Assembly (NCBI RefSeq): GCF_009914755.1
Contig: NC_060946.1
DNA: 64,000 nucleotides
Strand: one strand, 5' to 3'
DNA from: the human T2T-CHM13v2.0 reference genome, Homo sapiens
The position numbers were made by a program, and so were the translations under genes. Positions 18,576-31,338 of this stretch are shown piece after piece (the first letter of the stretch is position 1; each line of letters begins with the position of its first letter). Below the pieces are notes generated by a model that did not search any database, had not been told where the DNA came from, and was given only the letters and a program-made list of their open reading frames with translations.

Positions 18576-18611
18576 CCATCGGTTTTTGAAGGGCTTCACT
18601 GGGTGGTGTTT
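18576..18611 (-). other. MYH9: Candidate 36-nt in-frame loop-1 exon (KHHPVKPFKNRW)
   Basis: ggcag| acceptor, TGG|GTAACC donor; phase 0-0; weak similarity to MYH10 B1 insert. Confidence 0.35.
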
Positions 18612-19306
18612 CTGCCAGTGGGCCCCAGCTCGTACACAAATAACAGAGCAGGGAGAGTCAAAGGTCACCGTTCAGGATCCGGGCATCTGCCTGGAAAGCC
18701 CCTTGGACCAAGCTCTGCTTTGCCAACCTGTGGCCCAGGCCAAACCTGGCCTCCCCGCAGCAAGGTGAGGTCTGGAACAACCCCTCTGCTGGTGTTGGGA
18801 GGGTCAACTCGGTCACTGCAAGTGAGAGAGCGCTGGCTCCCAAACCAATTCAAGGGTGTTCTGTGCTCCGGCAGCCTGTGGAAAATCACAGCACAGCTTC
18901 AGGCAAGGAAATCAACCAAACCGGCCAATGGTCTTTCACGTTGACAGCCTGAGCTATGACTGGAAGCCTGGGGCAACCTACTCCCTCACTCTAGTGGGCT
19001 CAGGGCAGGGACGGGGTGCCTACCAAAGTCTGCGTTTTGACAACGTGGCTCCCACTGTCACCCCCAACCCCAGCATGCTGTCTTTGCTGAGTGCTGCCTT
19101 CCCCTCTACAACAGGAACCCCAGATGTAAGGCATATGATCTATTTCACTGCTCTCCGTGTCCTGTCTCCTGTCTTTCAGGACAGGAACTCCAATGTCACC
19201 CTCCCAAGAACCAGTCACATACTAGGCAGTCAATAAATACTTGGGAAATGGATTTTACTGCAAATTCAGAGATGGAAAAGCACAGCTAGAGAACTCCTAA
19301 CCTCAC

Positions 19307-19330
19307 AGCTCTGTTTTTAAAATAGGCCTC
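19307..19330 (-). other. MYH9: Candidate 24-nt in-frame loop-1 microexon (EAYFKNRA)
   Basis: ACTAAT branch site, ~80-nt AG-free CU tract, tttttag| acceptor, GCT|GTGAGG donor. Confidence 0.4.
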
Positions 19331-20230
19331 CTAAAAAGAATGGAAAATCGGGGGTAGGGAGGGAGAGAGGGATGGAGAGAGAGAGAGACAGAGAGGGAGA
19401 CAGAAGAAAAGAAACTGTATTAGTTTCTAAATATAACTCCTGACGCCCCATGGAAAAAGATTCCAAACGTCTTGAGAAGCTTGGCACATGAAAAGTTACT
19501 TTTGGTTCGGTTCCAGAAGACTGTACTCATTAGGCCATTCTGCAGGCCACACCCCAGACCTGCATGCAGACTCACACCCCTCCTTACTTACGAAGGCCGC
19601 ACACGGCACGCCAGTAAGGTGGAGCCACCGGGAGCGGCCAAGCTCCCCTGATGGCTTCAAGGAACACCACTGGCACTTAGCTTTCACAGGGGAGGTTAAG
19701 AGTGTGTGCTTGAGAGAGAGCATCCCACAGCCATGCTTAAGTCTGATCACCCCAACCTCTGAAAAACTCCAACGTGAGAACTCCCCGGCACTGCTTCTGA
19801 CTGGCACGGCGGTGGCAGGTGAGGGCAGCCGGCCATCTGCATCTGGTCTGGACCACAGAGCGTGGAGGGCTCCGTGAGAGCGGAGTCCCCATCCACCGTG
19901 CCGGGGTCAGGTTCCGCATGGGACATGACAGCTATGGTGCGCTGTGGGGAAATCTGGGCATGACTGGAGTTTCTGAGAACAACTAGGTGTGAGGCCCGTC
20001 CCCATTCTGCAGGAGCTGTCATTTCAGAGTGCACAGGAGGTCACTGTGTGCCACACCCAGCCCCTCCTCCCAAGACAGTCAGTGAGCTGAGCCTAAAAGA
20101 AGAGTTCTAGCTGCAGAAAGTGACAAGTGTGGGGTGAAAAGCTGCTTAGAACAAAATACAGAATTCAAGGGCACACGATGGGCAGAACACGCATTCCCAG
20201 TGCAGAACGTGCAGTAAACGTGCAGCTCAC

Positions 20231-20245
20231 CTAGCGAGGACACTG
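20231..20245 (-). other. MYH9: Candidate poison microexon in intron 5 (12 or 15 nt via CAGCAG acceptor, ends in TAG)
   Basis: pyrimidine tract ...cccag|CAG|TGTCCTCGCTAG|gtgagc; in-frame stop after phase-0 exon 5. Confidence 0.6.
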
Positions 20246-20774
20246 CTGGGTTCAACCATAATCCATCAAAAGGGAGAGGAAAAAAATGGAGGTGAGATGA
20301 CTTTCCAATTGCCCTTTCTGTCTTCGCTGGGGTGGTGGGGGTGGGTGGCTGTCCACCCAGAGGCATTTCAACAGCAGGGAAAAGAAATGGAATCAAATAC
20401 AGGTCTGCCTGAGACCTTTCAAGCCTCCATCAACTTGAGGACCAAGTCTTGGAATCTGCCTTCCAGCCTCAGAAGGGGAGGACACACAGCAACGAGCTGC
20501 AAAAGCCAAGAGGGCTGCCATGCAAACTCCAGGACCTCGCCAGTTTCCATAGCAACTCAGAAGGCTAGGAGGCCAAGGATGGAATGGGCTTGCTACCGCT
20601 GGACCACTCCCAGGACAGGCCACGCCACTGCCTCAATGGAAATGGGCCCAGCCTCTGCTTCATTCCCCAAAGCATCCTCTTGTAAAGCTGAAGCCAGGAC
20701 CACTAAGTGCTCTTCCTCCATCATCCCACCAAGGCCAAGCAGGCGGCCACAGGGACAAGGGCTGCAGCACTCAC

Positions 20775-20868
20775 CTGGTCCTTCTTGCTCTTGTGCGAGG
20801 ACGCCACGTACGCCAGATACTGGATGACCTTCTTGGTGTTCTCCGTCTTGCCAGCTCCAGATTCACCA
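20775..20868 (-). CDS. MYH9: MYH9 exon 5 (P-loop GESGAGKT...HKSKKDQ)
   Basis: 94 nt; Walker [11 protein letters not shown]; donor CAG|GTGAGT; ends phase 0 at loop 1. Confidence 0.98.
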
Positions 20869-21666
20869 CTACCAAGAGAGGCAAGGAAGTCCCGGGCTTA
20901 GGCATGGCCAAGTCCTTGACCTCTGTCCCTTCCCACTGCACGCTCCACTGCCTCGCATTCTGTTGGGTGCCCGTGAAGGACCCAACGTGTGGCAGAAAAC
21001 GGACTGCCACATAAACGCTCTGGAATCCTCAGGCAGTTCACTTCCCATGGCTCTCCAGGGGCCAGACAGAAGTAAACTGAAATCCACTGCCTGTCCTGGT
21101 CACTTGTCAGGGCAAGTGACTTCACATCCAAGTGTTTTAAAAATCAGTTTTAGGCAGCTGTGGACTTAGGGGTCAAAGGCACTTGTACATGTTCCTTTGA
21201 AACGTCACTTAAAGGAATGTTCTGTGCCATTAACTCTCTTGGCAATGGGGTTTATGGATCTCCTTGTTAAGTTCAGAGGCTGAGAGGCCCCAGTGTCTAC
21301 TTCAATTCAGGTAAAGAAAAGCCACCATCCAGAGCAAGAAGGAATGCCTTCCACCCAGAAGTTACGGAGGAGCTGGTTCCCAGCTGGATTGTGGAGAGAT
21401 CTTGCTTTTCCTTTCTGCCATAAGCTCCACCCTCCTTCCCACTGGCTCCTTGAGGAAGGATGATTGAAATTGAGCTCATCCATGCAGTGGGACCACTGAG
21501 TAGCAAACACACAAACTGAAGTCCTATCCCTTGGAGAAGTGGAGGAGGGGCCTTGAATTGGGAATGGGGGACTCTGCAAGCCCCAGTTGTGGTTTCAGTA
21601 GGAGACCTCAAGAATGAGAACAGACTGGGGTGAAACGAACCACTACCCAGACGGAGAAATACTTAC

Positions 21667-21694
21667 GTGCACAAGATGGATTGATCTTCTCGGT
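21667..21694 (-). CDS. MYH9: MYH9 exon 4 (DREDQSILCT), 28-nt exon
   Basis: tttcag|ACCGAGAAGATCAATCCATCTTGTGCAC|gtaagt; leads into the P-loop. Confidence 0.97.
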
Positions 21695-23813
21695 CTGAAA
21701 CAAAGAAGACATCAGATTAACTCCCGCCAGATGCAAAAGCCTCCCCACCTTGCTCCCAAAGAGCTGCCCGTTTCCCAGACAGGGAGCACAGTGTCACAGA
21801 TGCTGTCTTTGTGGGGATCTCGCAGTCTACCCTCACACCTGGCTAGGAGGAGCATCTGCGGGGGAGAGTGCCATTGGGCAGCTGCTCCTGCCGCCCAGGA
21901 GCTCAGATTGTCCACCCACGCTGTTCAGCCCCCACCAGAAAACCAGAAATAGTTCTGTGTCTCCCACCTTAGAGGAACTAGTGTGTGGAAAACTCTCCAG
22001 GAGTCGACTTCCCTGGGAGCTGAGTGGGACCTGCCCTGTGTGTTTATAACGGGGTGGGGGGCTGAAGCTGTTAGAAAGAAGCCTGCTGCAGGTGCTCTAA
22101 ATACCATCCCCACTGAAGGAAGGAGCACCATTTAAGAGGCTGGGGAAGGAGGGGTGACGAGGCCTGGCTTTGCAACGGGACAGCCCTGGGATAAGATGCT
22201 GCCTCACAGCCTGAGACCCGGGACAGGTGCGCAGGCTTCTCTGAGCCCCAGCTCCCTCCTCCGCAGCGTGGGATAACAGTACTTGTGTCCACAACACATG
22301 TGAACACACCAGCACGGTGTCTGGCAAGTGGAAGGCGTGCAATGATGTCACTTTAGAGGCAGCTTGTAAAGAATGACAGCTTCTGATGGGTTTCTGTGAC
22401 AACCTGTTCTCTAGCCGGGTGTCAGGAACTTTCAGCAACTATCAACAGCTCTATGAACTGCTCGGCAAGGAAGGTTATAAATACCCACCCTCCCCCAGTA
22501 CAGGAGGGGCAGTAATGCCCACACTCTGAAAGCTAAGTTTGCCAGAAACACTAAGGCATCCTGGCTGTTCAGTACTGGGTATTCAAGCAACAGCTGAAAA
22601 TATAAACTCATTTTTTTCCGTTTTATCCCGCCCCATCTAATAGCCTCACCGTCCTTGAAGTCAAATTGGCCTGAATCCAGGATCAGGCTACTTACAAATA
22701 TTTGAGCTGCAGTGAGGTATTTAATTCTGAGTCTCAGTTTCTACATCCACAAAGTAAGATCTGCTACTAACTCCCTTGCAGGATTAGTTTGAAAAATAGA
22801 AATAACACATAAAATGGACCTGCCGCAGTCCCTGTAAAGACAGTAAGCTCCACAAACGGTTGCTGTCTATACCGACTTCCCCAACGCGACGTCGCCACGA
22901 TGGGTGGCAGTGGCGTTGTCAGGGCAGTGGGAGCATCCGTGGCTGTTGGTACAGTATCAGCCCTGGGTGGAAACACGGATTCAGCGACGTGTGAAGGACA
23001 CACTGAGTGGCTCGCACCACCTGGTCAGGGCCCTGCGTGACTAGGCACTGGGAGAATGACTCACGGCTTTCCACGTGCATGGCCTCAGGAGACACATTTA
23101 ACCGTTCAACACCAGTAGCCACCGACCAGCTAGGCTGCCTGCCTCTTCCGAGGTGAGCTTTCTAGCATGCCTGACCTCAGCAGCGTGTGGGGCTGGGCAC
23201 TGCCTCCAATCTCTTCTTCTGCCCACTGGTCATTCAGGAGGGAAAAGGAAGCCCAGACAGAAAGAAGAAAAAACAAACCTCACACCCAACACCAATGGCA
23301 GCTGCCCCTGCCCTGGGCCGCAGCTTCCTCCCAGCCCCCTAAGCATCAACGGGGTGGGGGCGCAGAGGGGCTGGGTCACTCTCATTCACAAACACACCCC
23401 ACACCCTGCTCTCTGATGTGGAAACTACTCAGGAGGCAAGCTCTAGGGGAGGCAAGCCTTACTCCCCCTTGCCTTTCTCAAAAAACACAGAGTCCTTCAA
23501 GCCTGCACAGCGAGGACAGAGATTAGAGACCTGCATCCTCGACTAGACAGACGGGAAGACAGAAGGGAGGGAGGCGGCAGGAACCACAGCCTGGGGAAGA
23601 CAGAGCAATTTCATTGCTGGCCCCTAACGACAGTGTGGCAACCGATAAGGGTTTGGAACAAACATTTTTGTCATCCCAGCCCCCTGCCCTCCCCCACTGC
23701 GTCTCCCTGTGGTCTGCCCCAGCTGTGGGCATGTTTAGTCACCGGCTCTACTAGCAGGCAAGAATGTACCTGCGAGTGCTGGCAAGTCGTGAGCAGCCAA
23801 CGGCCCAATGCTA

Positions 23814-25916
23814 CCATAAAAGGAAACATTCCCCAACCCTTCCAGAGGAACCGTTTTCCCAGGGCTGTCCCTAGGATGGCTGGAATTCCTCTAATTGTGT
23901 GAGGAGGAGTCAGAGGCTCTGCTGCTGAACAACAGGAAGCAGAGCCCCCAAACACACTCGAGGGCATGCACACAGAGGCGCACGCACGCACAGGGGCATG
24001 GACACACACATAGACACGCAAGCATCTGTGCATACACAGTCACATATGGAGGTAGGTGTACAGAGGTACGTGTGCACAGAAATACATGCGCACACACGTG
24101 TGCAAAGCCATATACATAGATCCACACAAGGCACACAGCTGCACACGCATTCACAGATGCATATCCACAAGCACAAGTGCAAACACAGGCACGCAAGGCA
24201 CATGTATTCACAGGTGAATGTGAACATACATGTATGTACATAGCCATGCACACACACGGATGTATGCACAGGCACACACACTTCAAATTCCGAAACCCCA
24301 GAGCCAAATTCAGTGTCTCCTCTCCATCCACCCGAGCGTCCCTAGCTCTCCCACTTCTCCAGCCTTCCCCGTCCAATTCCTGAAGCCAATTTACCACTGT
24401 CAACACAGCCTAACCATACCTTAAAGAAATCTGGATTTGTTCTGCCAGGAACATTCATCTGGACAAATGCTTTCTGAAAGGCAAACTGCTGGGAGGCCTC
24501 CTCATTGCATCTCTTACCGCACTGCTTAGTATCCTAAATCCACCGGCCGGATGCACCACGAATCGTACCATGGCCCCATGCAACCGAAAAGGTCTTTCCA
24601 ATGCTCAGGAAGGGTTTTGGTCTGTTATCTTGTGTGGCCTCCAATAACCTTACAAGGTATTGTATTGTAATGTACAAAGCAGGTATTATCATCATTGTTT
24701 TGCCATCTTTCCACACAGCGGTTCTTCTGGATTTGTTCCTGATCTCAGAGGCATCTCTTCTGGGCAGTGGGGTGGTTAGAATTCTTAGCAACCAGTGGGC
24801 TCTTTGGCCTACTCAGTTTACTCTGCAGCCCACCTCCCCACCCTATGCATTCTAGTGGAGACTGCCATTGGCGCCCACCCCATCAACCCTTCCCCGCACT
24901 GTCATCTCACAGGATGAGCACATTCAGAGTCCGGCCCAATCTGCTTGTTTTGGCTCGAGTCCTTATTTGGCCTGTAAGGACTGAAGGCTTATTTGAAAAC
25001 GCCCTTCCTTCCTCTAAACGGGAGGAGGCCGCCAGGGACAAGCCTCTTCTGGGACACGAGCCCCCTGCCAGATGAAAGTCTAGCCGTGGTAGGCGCCTGA
25101 ACCCACTGCCCCAGCCCCTCTCTTGGTGAGGGTGGGGTAGAGATGGGGTTATGAGTCACTCTGCAGTAGTTTTCAGACTTTTCAAAAAGCAGCGGCAGTC
25201 CTTCCTCAGATAAAATCTTCCCAAATTCCTGAGCAAGGGACAGTGGGTGGTGGAGACAGGGTTCCTCAGAGCACAGTTTGACAACCACTAGTCCATGTGT
25301 CTGGAGCAGTTCTGCAAAGGAGGAAGCCACAGCCGAGAGCGCTGTGGCCCTGGGTTCCGCTCTTCCCCACGCAATGCCTGGCCCCTTGACCTCTCTGGGA
25401 ATGAAGGGACTGCTCTGAGGATGGAAGGAAATGGTGTTCCTGTCGTACACGGTGTGAGGCAGATGCCCAGACATGCCGTCCTCACCCGCCTGCTGTCTCG
25501 GAGCTCCCAACTGAGCAATTCCCTGGCACCGCCACGAGAAAGTCTTTCATAAAAGTTACAAATTCAGGAACCAGGCCATTTTCTCCCTGGATTTCATTTT
25601 CAACCGAAAATGTCCTGAGGCCAAGCCCATGCAGTGAGGGCATCTGAGCTGATGTGGCCATCTACCTGTGGACAGGTGTTTCCAGCCAGCTCAGCAGGCT
25701 GGGCCCAGGAGGTAGGAAGGGGAACCTGACCGCAGGTATTTCATCCCAGGTGCAGACTTCTGCTGGGGGCTTAAGCCTCACTTCCTCTGTGAGAGGAGCT
25801 GCAGCTCACTCTTGTCCATAAAAGGCCACGAGGCTCGCAGAGCGGTGACATCAGCCCAACAGGAAGTACAGAGGAAGGGGCCTGCTTCACCAGCAGCCAC
25901 TGCTGGGACTGACTCA
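23814..25916. promoter_or_regulatory. Putative SRF/TEAD/AP-1 enhancer cluster in intron 3
   Basis: Perfect CArGs at 23814, 24961, 25816; ACATTCC at 23826; TGAGTCA at 25152; TGACTCA at 25910; ACAGGAAGT at 25859. Confidence 0.55.
23955..24281. repeat. Degenerate (CA/TG)-rich low-complexity tract
   Basis: CACACA/CATG/TACA repeats. Confidence 0.85.
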
Positions 25917-26864
25917 TCACCCAGCTCCCAAGATCACACCTCCCGAGGTTCCAGCATGGAGCAGCTCTCTCGGGCTCCACCTGGGAGAGGTCCCTGCAGG
26001 ACCCCATCTTCGGCTCCACTGGGCTTCTTGAGAAATGGGTATGGGCCAAGAAAGAAAAACAGGAAAAAGGGCAGTTTCAGGTTGGACAACATGCCCACGT
26101 TGGGTGAGACTGATGGGATAATCTGAGACAAATGGGACCAAAACTTTCCACCACCAGGGAGTCTTCTGCTTTCAGGGAAACTCCAGAGTGGCCCCTGGGG
26201 GGTGGCTTGCTATATGTGTTGGCACTGTGAGCCCTGCCCTGCGTTGCCAGGATGGCTTGATCAGAGTTGCACAAATGGGGCTGAGAACTCAGGTCTCTGG
26301 AAACCTCACGCACCCCAGGACTCCCCTCCATCGAACACCCCTATGAGCACAGCACTCGGCACCTCCCGCAGGCCTGCCTCAGTGCTGCAAAGAAAGGGCC
26401 GCGACACTCTCATGACGGGAAGCTCTGCTTCTCCACAGCCAGCTCAATTCACAAGCTTGGGTTACAAGTCTTTGGGAGGCAAACAGAGAGGTGAAGAAAA
26501 GCAAGTGCAAAATGATGCTTCATATTAGCAGAGGCTGCAGATCTGTGCCGAGTGGGGTGGAGCTTCCTGGCAGCCTGCCTGCCTAGCAATCTGCCAGCAA
26601 AGGAGGAAGCCCCTTCCGTCGCTCCCAGGCACACAATGTGGTCATGGGCGAGTGTGCCCTCCAGGCCACCACGGTAGGCCCAGACCAAGGGACATGCCTG
26701 CTCAGCAGCATCCACACCAGAAGCCAGTTCGACTCGGCCCAGTGCCTCTGCCCCATAGCCCCTGTGATCTCCCAGGTGGAACCTGGTTTGAACCTGCTGA
26801 GACCCAAGTCCCCACTTATAGGAGGCAGAGAATGGGTAGCCCTCCCCCTCCAGGCACTCTGGAT

Positions 26865-26901
<37 letters not shown>

Positions 26902-29900
26902 CAAGGTATTGCTCTTAACTTTCATTATGTCAGACTAAGCGAGGCCCCAAACAAGCCTTCTCTTGGCCAAAATGCATTAGGAAAACACAGGTAAGTTCCC
27001 AGCACACAGGCAAATCTGCCAGAAACAGCACTGCTGTTTCTGTGGGTGGGGCCAGGAGGGGGAAACTTCTCCTTCTGGGGTTGTTGCCAAGGCAGCTCCA
27101 ACAGGTTTGTCAGACTGGAGGGAAATTCAAAACCACATACGAGTGCTGACCACCCACAGCACATGCCACCGGGACACTCCCAGTCCGGTTCCGCCTTGCT
27201 CCTACCTAACATTTCCCTTGCGAAAAGGAAAGACAAGGCAGGAGGGGCCCCTGTTGACTTCTGCAGAGGGCTGGATCAACAGGGAATAAGAGGGAAGGAG
27301 CTGGGACACACACAGGGAGCATGGCAGACACAGCCAGGCACTGCTCATGACAAACTCAGCTCCCTGTTGGAGCACAAACAGGCCTGCAAAGACAGCAACC
27401 AGCTTTGTGAAACTCCTTTTGATGAGTCAAACGTGCTTGAGAGCACCAGGGACATCAATGGTAGGAGGTGAACAGTTAACAGCGCATGAACACGTTGCCT
27501 CGGAGGAGCGGTCGGTAGAAGGAAAGGCATGTCGGTGACTGTTAGGCTAGGATTCACTCCTGGAGCACGGCTCACGCTTCCTCTCCTTTCAGCTTAGACC
27601 TGTGCCCTGTTGTATCTGTGGACCAGCTCATGTGGAAGAGACAAGATCTTCAGGAAGAATCCCAAAGCCAGGTGGGAATGACATCCTGAGCCCCCATCAG
27701 TACTGTCTGTTTGCCAAAAGAAAACCTGGGGTCTCAAGAGTTTATGGAGTTTATGATCAAGGTCCACACGGGGCTGACAGCCTTGGTCAAGACTAAACAA
27801 ATTTGACAGAAGCCACGTGCAGAATCCCAACTTTTATACCTGCAGCTTTTCAGTTCATTTATCTTTCTTTAGTTGTAGGGAATTACTTTGGTTCTCAACT
27901 GATAACTTCATTCCAGAAATCAGGTATGTAAAAGAAAGCAACTCCTTTCTCTGAACACACTGTTGTTCAGCCCTGACAAACTGGGACACAGTTCAACTGA
28001 AGTCTCTAAGCCAGAGCTGGAGAGAACAGGAAAAACGGGCTGGTAGGTGACACTCACCAGGCAGCAAGAGAACTCGTCACGGGAGGCCAAAAGCACGAAG
28101 TGGCTTAGTGATTAGGGATTTGATGTGAGTTTTTGTTGTTGGTTTATTTCAGGGGATGGGGAGCAGAAACAAAAAACACTGGGCAAAGCTTCCAAACACC
28201 CCCACCCAAAATTTCAGGTTCTAAGAGGCCACTTCCTTTTTATCTCCCGCTCAGTGGGCCCAGAGCAAAGCATGGTGGGCCTGTTGGGTTGGATTTACAA
28301 AAAAAAAAAAAAGTAAGCCTAACGCTGAATCCTTGAAAAGGGCCCGTTAACTGCAGATTCCTCTTCTAGAAAGAAGAAGTTCTAGAAATGAGACTGACAG
28401 GCAGGACCATGGGTAGTTCAGCAGCCTCATGCTGGGGCCGGGCTTTCCTTCCTGGAGGAGCAGCACAAAGCAGCCAGCTCGCATCAGCTCGAGGACAGCG
28501 CCTCCCGGCTGCAGCCATGGTGTTGGGTGGTGGCCCAGGGCCTGCTTCCCACAGCACCTGTCTGGTCCACCAGCATCCCAGGGAACAGAAAAGTGTCTCA
28601 GGGCTGCAGAAGAACCAACTCTGGATCAAGCACATCTCCTAAAGCTCCACTGAGGCCACATCAGCCCCAGGCCTCAGCTCTGCGTGGACCAGACCAGATA
28701 AGCCAGGACCGCGTCTGCTATCGCGTTCCAGTGTGTGGCGCGGTCGCTGCAGGGGCGGCTGTGACAACTCACTTCCTGCACCTGGACTCTCGGGAGAGTG
28801 TTTTTGGGGAGATTCAAATGGCTGCCTGGAAGATGCATTTGGCCATCACCTTCATTAAGCGAGCAGGAGTGTGGACGGAAGGAATGAGCGATTTGAAGCC
28901 TCCGTGGAAGGCGGGGCAGTTCAGTCAAGAAGTGTTTGGACTCCTACTGCCAGCTCTAACAGGTACTTATCGCAGGCATCACACACACGGCGTCTTACTT
29001 CTTACCATGGCCCTGCCCAGGAGTGTCATGAAGCCCAAGAGGAGGACAAGAGGACAAAGGCTCAATTAGAGTGAGTTGACTTGCTCCAGCCAGGTTGCAG
29101 TTAGGAAGCGAAAGAGGCAGATTCCTGCTCTGTCTAGTCCAAAACCCACAGTCTCTCCTCCACGACACACTTCCTCTTGCTCAAAGGCAATACGTGGCAC
29201 TATTCCCAAGTCTAAGGCTGAGACAGGCCCAGCAGCCCCTTTTTGGTGCCCTATAGAAGTGCTGTGTCATCTATCAAAGGCCCGTACCCACCCCAGAAGC
29301 TCTCGAGGCTCGGTGGGGCGCCCCTCCTCTGTGCTAGTCTCTGGCTCTCATCTTGAAGCTGATTTGCCTGTCTCTGAGCACGAAACAGTCACCTCCTCCA
29401 GGCAGGCCCCAGCCTGCTGTCTGTACACTCTCTGCAGAGTGCCCGGCACACACACAGTAGGTGCTCAGCTCAGCCAGCACAGAGAGACCAGCAGGTGCAG
29501 ACACAGAACACGCCCCATCTTGGAGAGCCCACGCTGCCTCCACAGGCACATTTAGGCACACAGGGCCTGCTCCCGACCTCCCCAGCAGACAGCGGTGCCT
29601 TTGTGTGCTGACGGCTGGCAGGGCTGGCGGCCTCCCGGCTGGGTGCATTCCTGCTTCAGCAGAGTCATCCCATCTGTGGCTTCCATGGCGCTCCTTCCTC
29701 AGCTGCCTGTCCCGGTGAGTCGATTCAAACAGAGCTTTTCTGCCCCTTGAAGCTTTTTCCTGAGCCTCTGCCAAACATGGCACTTTTCCTCAGAAAGACA
29801 TTGGAAAGCAGACAGTTCCACAGGAGACACAACTAGCGGGGCAGGGAGAATGTGGAGAGAAGGAAAGAGAGGGCCTCTCCTCCCCTAGTGCCCCCCAACC

Positions 29901-31338
29901 ACTGAGCTGGAGATAAGAATTCCTTCAAGACCAGCCAGAGAAAATGAGGGGCACCAATGCCCCACGGGCCTGTGCCAGGGTAACAGGCACCAGGACAGGA
30001 AATCAGGAGACTGCTTTCTGGGGCTGGCTCTCTGCGGGCTTTTCGACAAGCCAGTTAACATTATCTGTGCCTGCCTCTTTACGTATGAATTCGAAGAGCC
30101 ATGCTCAGACGTGAAGATACACAAAAATTCTACCCCTCATTGTTTACAGAAAAAGGTCAGACACCGAGGGGCATGTGCACACTCACTGGCACTCTGAGCG
30201 GCTGCTGGGTGACCAACCACCTCTGGTGCAGCTTCCCTTGGGAACCAGGGATCGGGTGGGAAGGGAGACTGGCACAGAGCAAAGGGTTAAATTGCTCTCA
30301 GACAAGTTTAGGCCTAGAATGAAAGCAGATCTGCTTCCCCCAAAATGCTGGGAACTCATTAAAATATTAATACCATAAAGTCACTGAAAGTGAACCAAAC
30401 CTGGCATTCTACCTAATTCACATAGAAGGGGCTTTTTCTACTCACTGGGGAGATAACTGGGCTCATGTCAAATTCCTCAACCAGTGAGTTCTCCTGTAGA
30501 GACATACACACCTTTCCCCATAGGGGAGACCCCAGAGGGTCTGGCCCGGGATCCAGAAGCACCATTTCCTAGGCGAGGCAGACCTTTTGCAGACCACAGC
30601 TGCTTCCACCTGAACTTTACAGCAGACCATTGTGCCTGCCCCGGGACACAGTCCCACCCATCCCCCGCTGCCTGGCAAGGGCCAGCAACACAACGTTTAT
30701 GCTCTCTCACTCTCCTGGCCTTGGCCAGTTCAAAGCCTTTGGTGCCATCACAGAGTTCCGAGGAACAGTCCAATCCCCAAGGCAGGAAGACCCAGGAACG
30801 GCCATGACAACGAATTAACAACATGGGAAAGCCAGGGGCAGGAGGGTGAACCGACCATGTCACCCAAGGCCACGCTGGGCACGTCTGGGATGCCCTGTAA
30901 CTACTTACTGACTGACACACACCACCGCCTTTCTGCAAGATCCGACCTCGCCACACCTGACAAAACTCCCAGGACACCTGACATTGGCTCAGTCGTGCTG
31001 GCGCAGGTGTAGGCACCAAATGTCTTGTTTTGTAGCTAGGGCCACAAATCTCTGTCTATAAACATGCCTCGTCTCTCCACCTGGACCGCCAGGGCATCCA
31101 GTAACAGGATAATGTCAAAACCTCCTGGCATTCTGGCACCTTCTGTCACCTACCTCCACGGCCTAATCCAAGGCACTACATGCTGTGATGCCCCACCCGT
31201 GCCCACGGCAGACAGCACTAATCCATCTCAGAATTCCTGCATCGAGTCTCAAATCCTTGCCAGCACAGGGCTCCAGGCAGCCACTACTGATCGATCGGAG
31301 ATGACACTCAAAGTAAAACTAATCTGCAATGCTTAGTC

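Noticed and set aside
19500-19520. Possible 21-nt in-frame microexon (SSGTEPK) in intron 5
   Set aside because: No polypyrimidine tract, branch motif too close to the AG, and weak AAA|GTAACT donor
23891-24424. Cys/Val- and His/Thr-rich ORFs (also 61737-62391, and poly-Thr at 54074-54262)
   Set aside because: Translations of CA/TG and CAC simple repeats
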